A stretch of 64,000 nucleotides of DNA, from the NCBI GenBank assembly GCA_022072455.1, contig JAJVHY010000001.1, positions 76,990 through 140,989 of the forward strand, written 5' to 3'. Below, one piece after another: positions 19,601 through 27,253 of the stretch. This DNA is from Verrucomicrobiia bacterium (GTDB taxonomy: Bacteria > Verrucomicrobiota > Verrucomicrobiia > Palsa-1439). The notes below the pieces were generated by a model. The model saw nothing but the letters and a program-made list of their open reading frames with translations. It did no database searches and had not been told where the DNA came from. The position numbers and the translations under genes are program-made. The stretch's first letter is position 1, and every line of letters starts with the position of its first letter.

Positions 19601-20299
19601 CGCGACCTCGTCTGGCGTTTGTACGACTTGGTTGAATTCGGCACCGGCGACTTCGCGAAGCAATACCTCGACCTTGTTGAAAAAGTGTATGCACAGGATT
19701 CAGCCGACCGGGATTACGCCGCGACCAAGGCCGTCATCTGGAATTTGCACAAGGCGATGATCATCAAAGACGAGGTCTACGTCGCCCACCTCTTAACGAG
19801 CGAAGAAAAGACCCGCCGCGACAACCACCGCTACCACGTCGATGCCAAGCGCGGCGACAAAATCATCTACCACCACATCAACCGGCCCGAATTCAACATC
19901 CTCGGCCGCGATATCCGGTTCAAGATGAGCCCGGAGAAGTGGCAGTTTAATCTACTGAAACACATGCGCTGGCTCCGGAAGTGGATGCCCGCCTGGCACC
20001 GCCGCGAACGCGAATTCCGCGACTGGTACATCGGCTTGGTGGAAAACTTCGTGCAATCAGCGATCAGCCATCAGCCGTCAGCCAACGCCGAAGCCGAACG
20101 AAGTGAGACACGGTCCTCCGCAACCCGAGAGCAGACAGCCGAAAGCTATAGCCGCTGGACAGCGGCGCTCCGCTGCGTCGAGCCGGTCAAAGGCTACCGC
20201 GAAGTCCGGTATCCGAAGATGGAAGAAGCGAAGCGGAAGGTGGAGACGTTGTTGAATTCAAACACTCCGGCCACGACAAAACAGTCCGTGCTTGTCTAG
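16643..20299 (+). CDS. Indolepyruvate:ferredoxin oxidoreductase family protein (fused alpha/beta 2-oxoacid:ferredoxin oxidoreductase).
   Basis: ~1218 aa. The IOR N-terminus reads MKVDPRFLKEEGAEVFTGNELLIKGALEVEGG...TGYPGSP (the track ORF starts at TTG 16634; ATG 16643 is preferred). It has a TPP-binding region, a ferredoxin-like Cys cluster (CEHCLECTLATGCPG) and a C-terminal beta-like domain. The long antisense ORF 16511..18853 is judged an artefact. Confidence 0.85.
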   Translation: MKVDPRFLKEEGAEVFTGNELLIKGALEVEGGTHLLTGYPGSPVAGFFDSMESIAALLKGKGIRACIANNEALGAAMLNGSQMGPLRGICAMKSVGLHVAADALALGTLAGAHPDGGALVIVGDDPWSDSTQVPADSRYLCKHIFMPVMEPATNQELKDWIDLGFKLSREANVFIGYLVTTNQADGGGSVSCRRNHFPELNAINKFSIDTAAIDFERTVLLPPRTWLREQGMPERFNRLFASARRHGVNRIINARENPRWRAEIGFVATGLGFSYLQHALHELGVADQVPILKLGISYPIDPQLVEEFTQQVRSIFVVEERRGFMEEQISEIVSKLNQNATSANRTNVWGKEFPAGLAGIPATRGFNPSILIERLAPLGKFFHDPNLSLNEARIECAVELVQKTGTFDIQIPPRTPTFCPGCPHRDSASVLIEMKKQFRDEKYMRREHKRGPVDVVFHGDTGCYTMLMFEPTKDLMHNYSGMGLGGGTGAGIDPFITNKQVVFLGDSTFFHSGMLGISNALKQGQDITYIILDNATTAMTGHQPTPSMDVDIVGEPTYKQGIDGIVEAMLGQGVHVVRANPAYRETWRGLLEETILRDGVKVIVADKECGITYHRRETRQERQEIRESGFLHEKRYVNVNPDVCEHCLECTLATGCPGLTFVETPFGAKVQTDLSWCVADTACTKIYACPSFEEITIVRTQKPPAPIDSIDLNNLPVPQPRQFDDVWHCHLAGVGGQGIGVCTATIVRAGFKQGYNVLFCDKKGLAIRNGGVFSQVTFTKNGSHASVLIPYGQADLVIGVDPLEACRSLDPKGNLRVGSPERTSAVVNSFKTPTILTLLGKDNFNVAEVEATIQKYTRPDDYFGLNVAGISEHFFGTKLYANVVMLGIAFQRGLLPISLDNIEWGLRETMGSAAADNLKALSLGRKLVLEPDLAHKHELHETYEEFVSERMDVLKRNHRWGRRWALDFAQLVRRSEQNIKLGDQTARDLVWRLYDLVEFGTGDFAKQYLDLVEKVYAQDSADRDYAATKAVIWNLHKAMIIKDEVYVAHLLTSEEKTRRDNHRYHVDAKRGDKIIYHHINRPEFNILGRDIRFKMSPEKWQFNLLKHMRWLRKWMPAWHRREREFRDWYIGLVENFVQSAISHQPSANAEAERSETRSSATREQTAESYSRWTAALRCVEPVKGYREVRYPKMEEAKRKVETLLNSNTPATTKQSVLV

Positions 20300-20386
20300 C
20301 GTCTGGTAGCCGGGTTGCTATCACGGTCGTGGCAACGACTATTGTCAACCGCAGGAAGGTTTCTAACCTCGAAATAAAGCAACCCG

Positions 20387-21142
20387 ATGGACAGGCAAAA
20401 GACAATCGAAGTCGAGTATCACAAGCGACCCGAATACAAAGCCCGGTTAAATTCAGCGAGTTGCATACTCAACATTGGAAAAGAATTACAGAGTCAGTCC
20501 ATGCAGTTTGCGCATCGGACAACGAGAGTTCTTTTCTACTTGAACATGGTTCTACGTGTATGTCCGAGGACTATCCACGAGAATGTTCGTAATTACGTCA
20601 TTCGCAAAATCCAAATTCAACAACGGAAGGCTCTCTTCGGTGGGTACGGATATCTGTTTCAAGCATCGGCTGTCTTCTCCGCCTTTGCTCTAAATGGATT
20701 TCTTGATTATTGCGCCACAAATCCAACTGGAAACATGCCTGAGACTCAAAATAAGCCCAACGGAGAATTTATGCCGTACCGTCAGAAACTGGAGGTGCTC
20801 TACAGACACTACTGCATAGATATCGAACCCGACTGGAACAAGGAGCCATTTATCTGGTTCGACGACTGTTTATCCCGCAAGAAGAACGACACTGTAATGC
20901 GAGACAGAATTGCCCACCCATTGCCAAGTCATGCACCAAACCATTTAAAGAAGACATTTACGGTTGCCCAAGAGGTGGATGTCGCAATGTTTCTGACGGG
21001 CAAATCAAAGTTCGACTGGGAGTATGACGCCGAAAAGGCGAGCAAACTCTATGAAGCGGTAAGTGAATTCATTCAGCAGGTTAACTCTGGCGCCGCTTTA
21101 CCCTTTCTGCCTGAGGGTTTCACCGCATCTGCGAAATCTTGA
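20387..21142 (+). CDS. Hypothetical protein encoded in an AT-richer islet. No recognisable family.
   Basis: 251-aa ORF. Its codon usage and composition (many A/T-ending codons, Lys/Asn/Ile/Phe-rich) contrast with the flanking genes. I recognised no motifs. The start is uncertain (Met1 or the internal MQFAHRTTR). Confidence 0.45.
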   Translation: MDRQKTIEVEYHKRPEYKARLNSASCILNIGKELQSQSMQFAHRTTRVLFYLNMVLRVCPRTIHENVRNYVIRKIQIQQRKALFGGYGYLFQASAVFSAFALNGFLDYCATNPTGNMPETQNKPNGEFMPYRQKLEVLYRHYCIDIEPDWNKEPFIWFDDCLSRKKNDTVMRDRIAHPLPSHAPNHLKKTFTVAQEVDVAMFLTGKSKFDWEYDAEKASKLYEAVSEFIQQVNSGAALPFLPEGFTASAKS

Positions 21143-21272
21143 TTCAGATGTAACTCTGGTGAAGGTGCGACGTCGGCATTTTCATTTTAGTAAATCACAT
21201 CAGCCTAAGCGCAGCGACTCAGTCTGAACACACTCGTTGCCCCGTTGCCAACGCGCGGCGCACCTGTTTTAA

Positions 21273-21782
21273 CTCCGCTCCCTGCAGGCGACCATCCTTC
21301 ACACCGACGGCGAGTGTTCGGGCAATCCCGGTCCCGGCGGGTGGGCCGTCATCGTCCGCGTGGGCGCTCACGTCCAGGAACTTTTAGGGAGTGAACCGGC
21401 CACCACCAATAACCGGATGGAATTGCGCACGGCGATTGAAGGGTTGCGCGCGTTGGGCCAATTGCACGCAGTCGAAGTGTTCACCGATTCGGTGTACCTC
21501 AAGGACGGCATCACCAAATGGAAGCGCAACGGTTGGCGCACCGCGGCGAAAGAGCCGGTCAAGAACACGGATCTCTGGCGCGAATTGGACGAAGTCACCG
21601 GGCCGCATCACATCCAGTGGCGTTGGCTCAAAAGCCACGCCGGTCATCGCGATAACTGGCGTTGTGACCAACTCGCCCGCGAACAGATTGCCCGTCTCCG
21701 GCAGCCGTTCCCGACGCCCCCTGCCAAACTAGCCTCACCGGCAAAGCCCGCCGTGCCGGTCCAATGTGAGTTATCGTTCTAG
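21273..21782 (+). CDS. rnhA: Ribonuclease HI.
   Basis: In-frame translation ...LQATILHTDGECSGNPGPGGWAVIVRVGAHVQELLGSEPATTNNRMELRTAIEGL...FTDSVYLKDGITKWKRNGWRTAAKEPVKNTDLWRELD...HIQWRWLKSHAGHRDNWRCDQLAR matches RNase HI catalytic blocks (TDGxC, NNRMEL, DS, HxG..N..D). The frame is open only from the TAA at 21270-21272, with no ATG upstream of the catalytic Asp. The start is probably CTG 21282 or another non-canonical codon. The track ORF (GTG 21360) would lack the catalytic N-terminus. Confidence 0.75.
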   Translation, partial: LRSLQATILHTDGECSGNPGPGGWAVIVRVGAHVQELLGSEPATTNNRMELRTAIEGLRALGQLHAVEVFTDSVYLKDGITKWKRNGWRTAAKEPVKNTDLWRELDEVTGPHHIQWRWLKSHAGHRDNWRCDQLAREQIARLRQPFPTPPAKLASPAKPAVPVQCELSF

Positions 21783-21902
21783 CACTCCTTGGAGGGCTAC
21801 GCTCCCTCGTGACCGCAACCCCCGAACGGACTCGACGGAGCGCGTCGTTCCACCAACCTCGCCGCACTTGCCTCATCGCGCAGCATCACCTAATCTCGCC
21901 CC

Positions 21903-22172
21903 ATGCCTGAGTACCTGTTGACGAAGGACGCCGTGACGCCGTTCGAAGATCTGACGGCCGGTGCCGATCCCGAAAAAGTCGTCGCGTGGAAGCGTAGTAG
22001 CAAACTCGACGCGGCCAGGTGCGGCTACGATTGGATCGTGGTGCGCTCGGAGTCAACGAACGACGCCCGGCGGAAAGTCGAATTGCCGCTAGAAGCCGCC
22101 CGGCTGGAATTGAGCCGGGTATTCACAATACCGGCATTCGCCGCCTGGGTTCGCGCCGCCGCGATTGTATAA
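21903..22172 (+). CDS. Small hypothetical protein (89 aa).
   Basis: ORF with local codon bias, directly upstream of the nucleoside hydrolase (17-bp gap). No motifs recognised. Confidence 0.3.
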   Translation: MPEYLLTKDAVTPFEDLTAGADPEKVVAWKRSSKLDAARCGYDWIVVRSESTNDARRKVELPLEAARLELSRVFTIPAFAAWVRAAAIV

Positions 22173-22189
22173 TAACGAATGTATTGCTG

Positions 22190-23155
22190 ATGAAGACCAA
22201 CCAATTGCCACAGCTTACCGATGCGCGTCGCTTGGCCCGGCTGGAGCCGCCCACCGGCAAGGTGCGCATGGTTCTCGACACCGACACGTACAACGAGATC
22301 GACGACCAGTTTGCGTTGGTGTACGCGCTGCTCTCACCGGAGCGCGTGCAGTGCGAGGCGGTCTATGCGGCGCCGTTTCATAATGACCGGTCGAGTGGCC
22401 CCGCCGATGGCATGGAGAAGAGCTACGCAGAGATCGGTCGCGTGCTGGAACGGTTGGGCAAGACACCGGCCGGCTTCGCCTTCAAAGGCGCGACCCACTG
22501 GCTGGGATCTGTGGACAAGCCGGTTCGCAGTCCGGCCGTTGACAATCTGATCGCCCGCGCCAAGGCCGCCGGTGACGAGCCGTTGTACGTGGTTGCGATC
22601 GCGGCCATCACGAATGTCGTCTCCGCGATCCTGCTCGCGCCGGAGATCATGGAGAAGATTGTGGTCGTCTGGCTCGGCGGTCAGCCGCAACACTGGCCCC
22701 GCGCCACCGAGTTCAACCTCGAACAGGATGTCTTGGCGGCGCGGGTGCTCTTCGATTGCGGGGTGCCGCTCGTGCATGTGCCGTGTCTGTCGGTGGCCGA
22801 ACAATTGCGCACGACGCAGGCCGAGTTGGCGCGCTTCATGAAGGGCCACAATACGATTGGCGATTACCTGTATCAGATTTATTCGGATTACTTCCCCGAT
22901 CACTTCGCGCGCTCAAAGGTCATCTGGGATCTCAGCGCGGTGGCGTGGTTGATCAATCCGGCCTGGCTGCCGAGTGCGTTGGTGTTCAGCCCGCTGCTGC
23001 GACGCGACTGGCGCGATTTACCGCACACCCCCGGGATGCGCCGCGAACATACGTGGAGTCACGACTCCGCGCGACACCTCATCCGGGAAATCCGCGCCGT
23101 GCAGCGCGACGCCATTTTTGGCGATCTCTTCCGCAAGATTGCGCAACACCCATGA
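22190..23155 (+). CDS. Inosine-uridine-preferring nucleoside hydrolase family protein.
   Basis: Internal Met at 22190 (MKTNQLPQL...). N-terminal Asp cluster LDTDTYNEIDDQFALVYAL (DxDxxxDD fingerprint), ~321 aa. The track ORF 22019 start adds an Arg-rich extension that looks spurious. Confidence 0.75.
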   Translation: MKTNQLPQLTDARRLARLEPPTGKVRMVLDTDTYNEIDDQFALVYALLSPERVQCEAVYAAPFHNDRSSGPADGMEKSYAEIGRVLERLGKTPAGFAFKGATHWLGSVDKPVRSPAVDNLIARAKAAGDEPLYVVAIAAITNVVSAILLAPEIMEKIVVVWLGGQPQHWPRATEFNLEQDVLAARVLFDCGVPLVHVPCLSVAEQLRTTQAELARFMKGHNTIGDYLYQIYSDYFPDHFARSKVIWDLSAVAWLINPAWLPSALVFSPLLRRDWRDLPHTPGMRREHTWSHDSARHLIREIRAVQRDAIFGDLFRKIAQHP

Positions 23156-23778
23156 GCGAGACGGTCACCGTCAGCAAGCTTTCGAACCGGCAATTCATCG
23201 AGCAATACGCCAAGCCCGGTTGCGTCGGGCTCGTCGGCGGCACGACGCTCATCGAGAAAATGATCCGCCGCGCCGGCCGGCATCTTGATGAGAACAGGCG
23301 GTGGAGCTTGTGGTCGCACGCGCTCATCTTCGAGGGCAAACGCGTCGATGGCCACCAGTGGGTCATTGAGTCTGACCTCGATATCCACAGCAAACACATC
23401 CGCCTCGGCGTGCAGGAAAACCGGGCGGACAAATATTTCGACACCGAAACCTTCCCTTCCCTCGCCGTCCTCGATTTCGGGCTGAATGAACAACAGACCA
23501 ACGCCGTGCTCGGCTCCGCGCTTTCAATGGCGGCGAACCGGGCGCGTTACTCCTTGCGCGAACTCATCGGCACCGCAGTAGCATTACGCAACCCGTGGAT
23601 TCGCGAACGCAAGAACCTGTTGGCCCGCCGGCGCTCGATGTATTGCTCCGGTTTTGTGCAGTATGTCTTTCAACGGGCCGGGATCGATCTCGTGCCGGGC
23701 GTCCATCCCTCGCACAATTCGCCCGAGGACATTTCCCGGACGCCCGTGCCGCACACGACGTATTTGTTGCGGCGTTAA
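23152..23778 (+). CDS. Hypothetical protein, possibly a permuted papain-like (YiiX/C92-like) hydrolase.
   Basis: ATG at 23152 overlaps the upstream stop (ATGA). 208 aa, MSETVTVSKLSNRQFIEQYAKPG... A Cys in the context RRRSMYCSGFVQYVF resembles papain-fold nucleophile motifs. Weak. Confidence 0.35.
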   Translation: MSETVTVSKLSNRQFIEQYAKPGCVGLVGGTTLIEKMIRRAGRHLDENRRWSLWSHALIFEGKRVDGHQWVIESDLDIHSKHIRLGVQENRADKYFDTETFPSLAVLDFGLNEQQTNAVLGSALSMAANRARYSLRELIGTAVALRNPWIRERKNLLARRRSMYCSGFVQYVFQRAGIDLVPGVHPSHNSPEDISRTPVPHTTYLLRR

Positions 23779-23828
23779 CTGTAGCCGAGGCGTGAGCCTC
23801 GGCCGAAGCTTACGCTTCGGCTACAGAC
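23779..23828. terminator. Nested GC-rich hairpins between convergent genes (putative bidirectional terminator).
   Basis: ctgtagccgaggcgtgagcctcggccgaagcttacgcttcggctacag. The outer arms are ctgtagccgaggc / gcttcggctacag. The inner hairpins are GCCGAGGC-gtga-GCCTCGGC and CGAAGC-ttac-GCTTCG. No clear U-tract. Confidence 0.45.
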
Positions 23829-23831
23829 ACC

Positions 23832-26153
23832 TCATCGTATTTCCACCTCGTACCACAACGTCTTGCACTCCGGTCCGATTTGGAAATACCCATTGTTCAC
23901 TATGGCCACTTGGCCGATCCGTTTTCCGCGTTCATCCAAAACCCACACCCGGGCCGCGCCCGGCATCTCGATTCTGGCCGCGACGCCTTGCACGAGTGAC
24001 GGCGCCTTACCCCAATTGAGTCCGACGGAATTTTTCTCCGCGTTCTTCCACAGCATGCCGGTGTTCTCCGCGCTGCCGGTGGCGGTGATAAGCCAATGGT
24101 TTGGGTGCATCTCCGTGAAGGCGATCACACTCCACTTGGTCAACGGCCGGACCGCGATGTCGCCGAGTTTATATTCGTTACCGCCGCTATAGCCGATGAC
24201 CGCGCGCGAGCGCGGCGTGTTCACCGTGACGACGCCACGCTCCCAAGCGAACGCGCCGGTATTGGTAAGCGCCGGCGGTTGGATGCCGGTGTCGCCAATG
24301 CCCCACGCGTGATTGGTCGGCAAGGTGGCGATTTCCTTTTCCTTGTTTGGACGGGCTGCGACCAATTCATTGCCGGGCGGCACATCGCCGCGGACGAACA
24401 TCGCAACCGCCGCCGGCAGCGTCGCCATCTGGGTAGGATGCTGGTCAATGTCAAAGAAGCCGGTGATCTGGCGCGCGTCCCAGTTGTCTTTGCGGTGTGA
24501 ATACGCAAACGCGAACACTGCGTCCCAGTCTTGCCAGCCGGCGTAAGCTGCCAACAACGGGAAGGCTTCACTGTTGTGGCTGTTCGGCGCCGGATGATTG
24601 TACTCAGTCACGCAGAACGGCTTGCCGGCGACGCGCTTGGTCGCGAGCCCCGGCAACGTGCCGCCAAGGGAATCGACCATGCTCTTGTTTTCCACAGTCC
24701 AGTTGTCTTGGTCCCACGCCTTGCCGGGAAAATGCGGGTGCTTCCAGTACGCGTGCGCATCCACCGCGTCGAGTCGCGCCTGAATTGCCGGCGTGCTGCA
24801 ACCGACGATAGTGCCGATGATGTTGGCGTGAACTTTCAGATCATCTTTCAGATACCGGTACATCGTCTGCCAATAGCGGTCTTCGGTCTCCCAGAGAAAA
24901 CGGAACCAATCGCGTTTTCCTTCGGCAGTACCGCCGCCGAACGCGACCGAGCCCAGCGTCTCACAACCGATTTGTCCGCCCGGCCGCAGCGAGATGTCGC
25001 TGAACCAAACGCTGCCAATCCGTTGACCAAGGTTGCCGAGATTGACACGCGCGTTGGTGTCCGACTGCGACGCCAGAAAGGTAAACCGGAGGGTCTGCCA
25101 GTTCGTCGTCAGCTTGGCGTGAGTGCTCAGACCGATGGCATGCCACGGGGCGTGTGCCTGCATCAGATCCACAGAAATATCACACGGCTTGTCCGCCTTG
25201 GTGCGGAAGGTCAACGTGTAGAGTTGGCCCTGTTTGACATTCAGCCGTGGAAAATTGTACTGCACATGCCAGCCTTCGCGGCCGGTCGCGGTGACGGTGA
25301 TCTGGCCATTGGACACGGTCGCCTGCGCGCCTTGATGCTGCTCCAAGTACCACCACGTGCTCAGCATTTCATTGCCCAGTGGTTCATCGACGGCTTTCCA
25401 CGCGGTGCGGAGTTTTTCGGTCGTGGTGTAGCGGTTCTTGAGCCAATCGTTCCATTGTCCGCGCAACTTGCCGGCATAGCTCTCCGGTAAATGGTCAAGC
25501 CGGCCCCCGAGTGCGGCGTGGATGAGGCCGTTCTCGTTGTTGATTTCAACCATGGCGACGGCGGGATCGTGCGTGTACGGGAGACCGGTGTAGGCGTTGG
25601 TGTTCGTAAGGAGTTGCCGGGCGTAGTCCTTTTGGAGGTCGAGCATGGCTGGGTCGAAGAAGCCGAGAATGTGTTGGTCTTTCAAATCCATTTTCTCAAT
25701 CCGGTAATTGCGGAGGACGAGGAGATTGATGTTGGCGTAGATGCCGTGTCGCTTGAGTTGCGCGATGAGGTAGTCGAGCCGGTCGAGCGCGGCGGGATCG
25801 AGCTGGCCGCCTTTGAGCAGCGGCGACCAACCTTCGGAGTCCATGTGGTGGAAACGGACACAGTTGATGCCGAACTTCGCCATGCGCGCGGCGATCTTGT
25901 CGGCATCGGCATGCGTCGGGAATACAGCCGGGGCGACGAGGTTGACACCGAAGAATTTTACCCGCCGCTTGCCGGCGTAGAAATGACCGTCACGCGCGAC
26001 GACGAAGCCGTCTTGGCCGGCGGGTTTCACGAGCCAGTCGCTGACGTTGACGATGTTCGTGCTGGCGTCGTCCCACGGGAGGACGAACGGGAAAAGTGGT
26101 TCGGCGGCATGCGTGAGCAGAGGAAAGAACAGGAGGAAGAGACTCAAGCGCAT
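23832..26153 (-). CDS. Secreted glycoside hydrolase, GH5-like (cellulase-superfamily TIM barrel) with additional beta-sandwich domains.
   Basis: Internal Met at 26151-26153 gives the signal peptide MRLSLFLLFFPLLTHAAEP. Motifs GINCVRFHHMD, VEINNENG (acid/base Glu context) and FCVTEYNH (nucleophile Glu context). ~773 aa. The track ORF start (26357) overlaps the next gene and is rejected. Confidence 0.6.
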   Translation of the reverse strand: MRLSLFLLFFPLLTHAAEPLFPFVLPWDDASTNIVNVSDWLVKPAGQDGFVVARDGHFYAGKRRVKFFGVNLVAPAVFPTHADADKIAARMAKFGINCVRFHHMDSEGWSPLLKGGQLDPAALDRLDYLIAQLKRHGIYANINLLVLRNYRIEKMDLKDQHILGFFDPAMLDLQKDYARQLLTNTNAYTGLPYTHDPAVAMVEINNENGLIHAALGGRLDHLPESYAGKLRGQWNDWLKNRYTTTEKLRTAWKAVDEPLGNEMLSTWWYLEQHQGAQATVSNGQITVTATGREGWHVQYNFPRLNVKQGQLYTLTFRTKADKPCDISVDLMQAHAPWHAIGLSTHAKLTTNWQTLRFTFLASQSDTNARVNLGNLGQRIGSVWFSDISLRPGGQIGCETLGSVAFGGGTAEGKRDWFRFLWETEDRYWQTMYRYLKDDLKVHANIIGTIVGCSTPAIQARLDAVDAHAYWKHPHFPGKAWDQDNWTVENKSMVDSLGGTLPGLATKRVAGKPFCVTEYNHPAPNSHNSEAFPLLAAYAGWQDWDAVFAFAYSHRKDNWDARQITGFFDIDQHPTQMATLPAAVAMFVRGDVPPGNELVAARPNKEKEIATLPTNHAWGIGDTGIQPPALTNTGAFAWERGVVTVNTPRSRAVIGYSGGNEYKLGDIAVRPLTKWSVIAFTEMHPNHWLITATGSAENTGMLWKNAEKNSVGLNWGKAPSLVQGVAARIEMPGAARVWVLDERGKRIGQVAIVNNGYFQIGPECKTLWYEVEIR

Positions 26154-26239
26154 GCCGGAGCAATACTCCGATTCCTGACTGACCGGCAAGCGGATCTTCC
26201 GCAGATGACAGACCGCCGAAATTCCGCTACACACACACC

Positions 26240-27220
26240 ATGAGCCAAAAAACGACCGTCGCTTGCCTGCGCGAAGTCGGCATCCCGGAACAAGTGGTGC
26301 GGATCGAGGAATGGGAATTACCGGCACTCCAACCGGGCCAGATTCTCGTCGAGCCACTCATCTCCCCTATCAACCCGGCTGATTTGAATATTTTGACCGG
26401 CACTTACGGCAGCAAGCCCACCTTGCCGGTCGTACTCGGCAATGAAGGCGTCGGCGTGGTGACGGCGGGCAGCTTGCCGGCAGGGCAGCGGGTCCTCGCG
26501 CCGATGCAACTCGGCTGGTGGTGTACCGCCCGGATTCTGAACGCGGCGGAGGTCTTCCCCATTCCGGCCGAGATCCCGGCCGAAGTCGCCGCGATGCTCG
26601 CGGTCAATCCGCCGACGGCTTACCGGATGTTGATGGATTTCGTCGAACTCAAGCCCGGCGATTGGCTCATCCAAAATGCCGCAAACTCCGGCGTGGGCCG
26701 GTGCGTGATCGCGATCGCCAAGGCCAAAGGGTTTCACACCATCAACGTCGTCCGCCGCAAGGAACTCATCCCGGAGTTGGAAGCATTGGGCGCCGACCTC
26801 GTGCTCACCGACGAAACGCCCGTCGCGAAGCAAATCACGGGGAAAGAAATCAAACTCGCCCTGAACGCCGTCGGCGGCGAGAGCGCCCGGCAAATTGCGA
26901 AAACGCTCGCGCCCCACGGCACGCACGTGACTTATGGCGCGATGGGCCGCGAGCCCTTGCGCCTCGACAACGGCCTCTTGATCTTCCGTGATATCCGGTT
27001 CCGCGGCTTTTGGGTCAGCGACTGGTACCGGCACGCGACGCGCGCGGACATCATCGCGATGTTCACCGAACTCCGGCCACTGATTCACGCCGGCAAGTTC
27101 AATGTCCCGATTGAACAAACGTATCCGCTGGTCAAAATCCGCGAAGCCCTCGCACATGCCGCCCGCGCCGAGCGCACCGGTAAAATTCTTCTTTCGATGA
27201 AAGCCGCGGCACCGGCTTGA
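26240..27220 (+). CDS. MDR-superfamily NAD(P)H-dependent enoyl reductase/quinone oxidoreductase (trans-2-enoyl-CoA reductase-like).
   Basis: ISPINPADLNILTGTYGSKPTLPVVLGNEGVGVV resembles the MECR/ETR substrate-domain motif. The Rossmann segment is IQNAANSGVGRCVIAIAKAKGFHTINVVRR. Confidence 0.65.
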   Translation: MSQKTTVACLREVGIPEQVVRIEEWELPALQPGQILVEPLISPINPADLNILTGTYGSKPTLPVVLGNEGVGVVTAGSLPAGQRVLAPMQLGWWCTARILNAAEVFPIPAEIPAEVAAMLAVNPPTAYRMLMDFVELKPGDWLIQNAANSGVGRCVIAIAKAKGFHTINVVRRKELIPELEALGADLVLTDETPVAKQITGKEIKLALNAVGGESARQIAKTLAPHGTHVTYGAMGREPLRLDNGLLIFRDIRFRGFWVSDWYRHATRADIIAMFTELRPLIHAGKFNVPIEQTYPLVKIREALAHAARAERTGKILLSMKAAAPA

Positions 27221-27253
27221 CGCCCTGATTGTCGTCCCCCCATACTCGCGCCC

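Noticed and set aside
20300-21250. The AT-richer islet as a mobile element (IS/prophage remnant).
   Set aside because: No transposase, integrase, tRNA target or inverted/direct terminal repeats could be identified by eye. It is retained only as a compositional anomaly, not annotated as a mobile_element.
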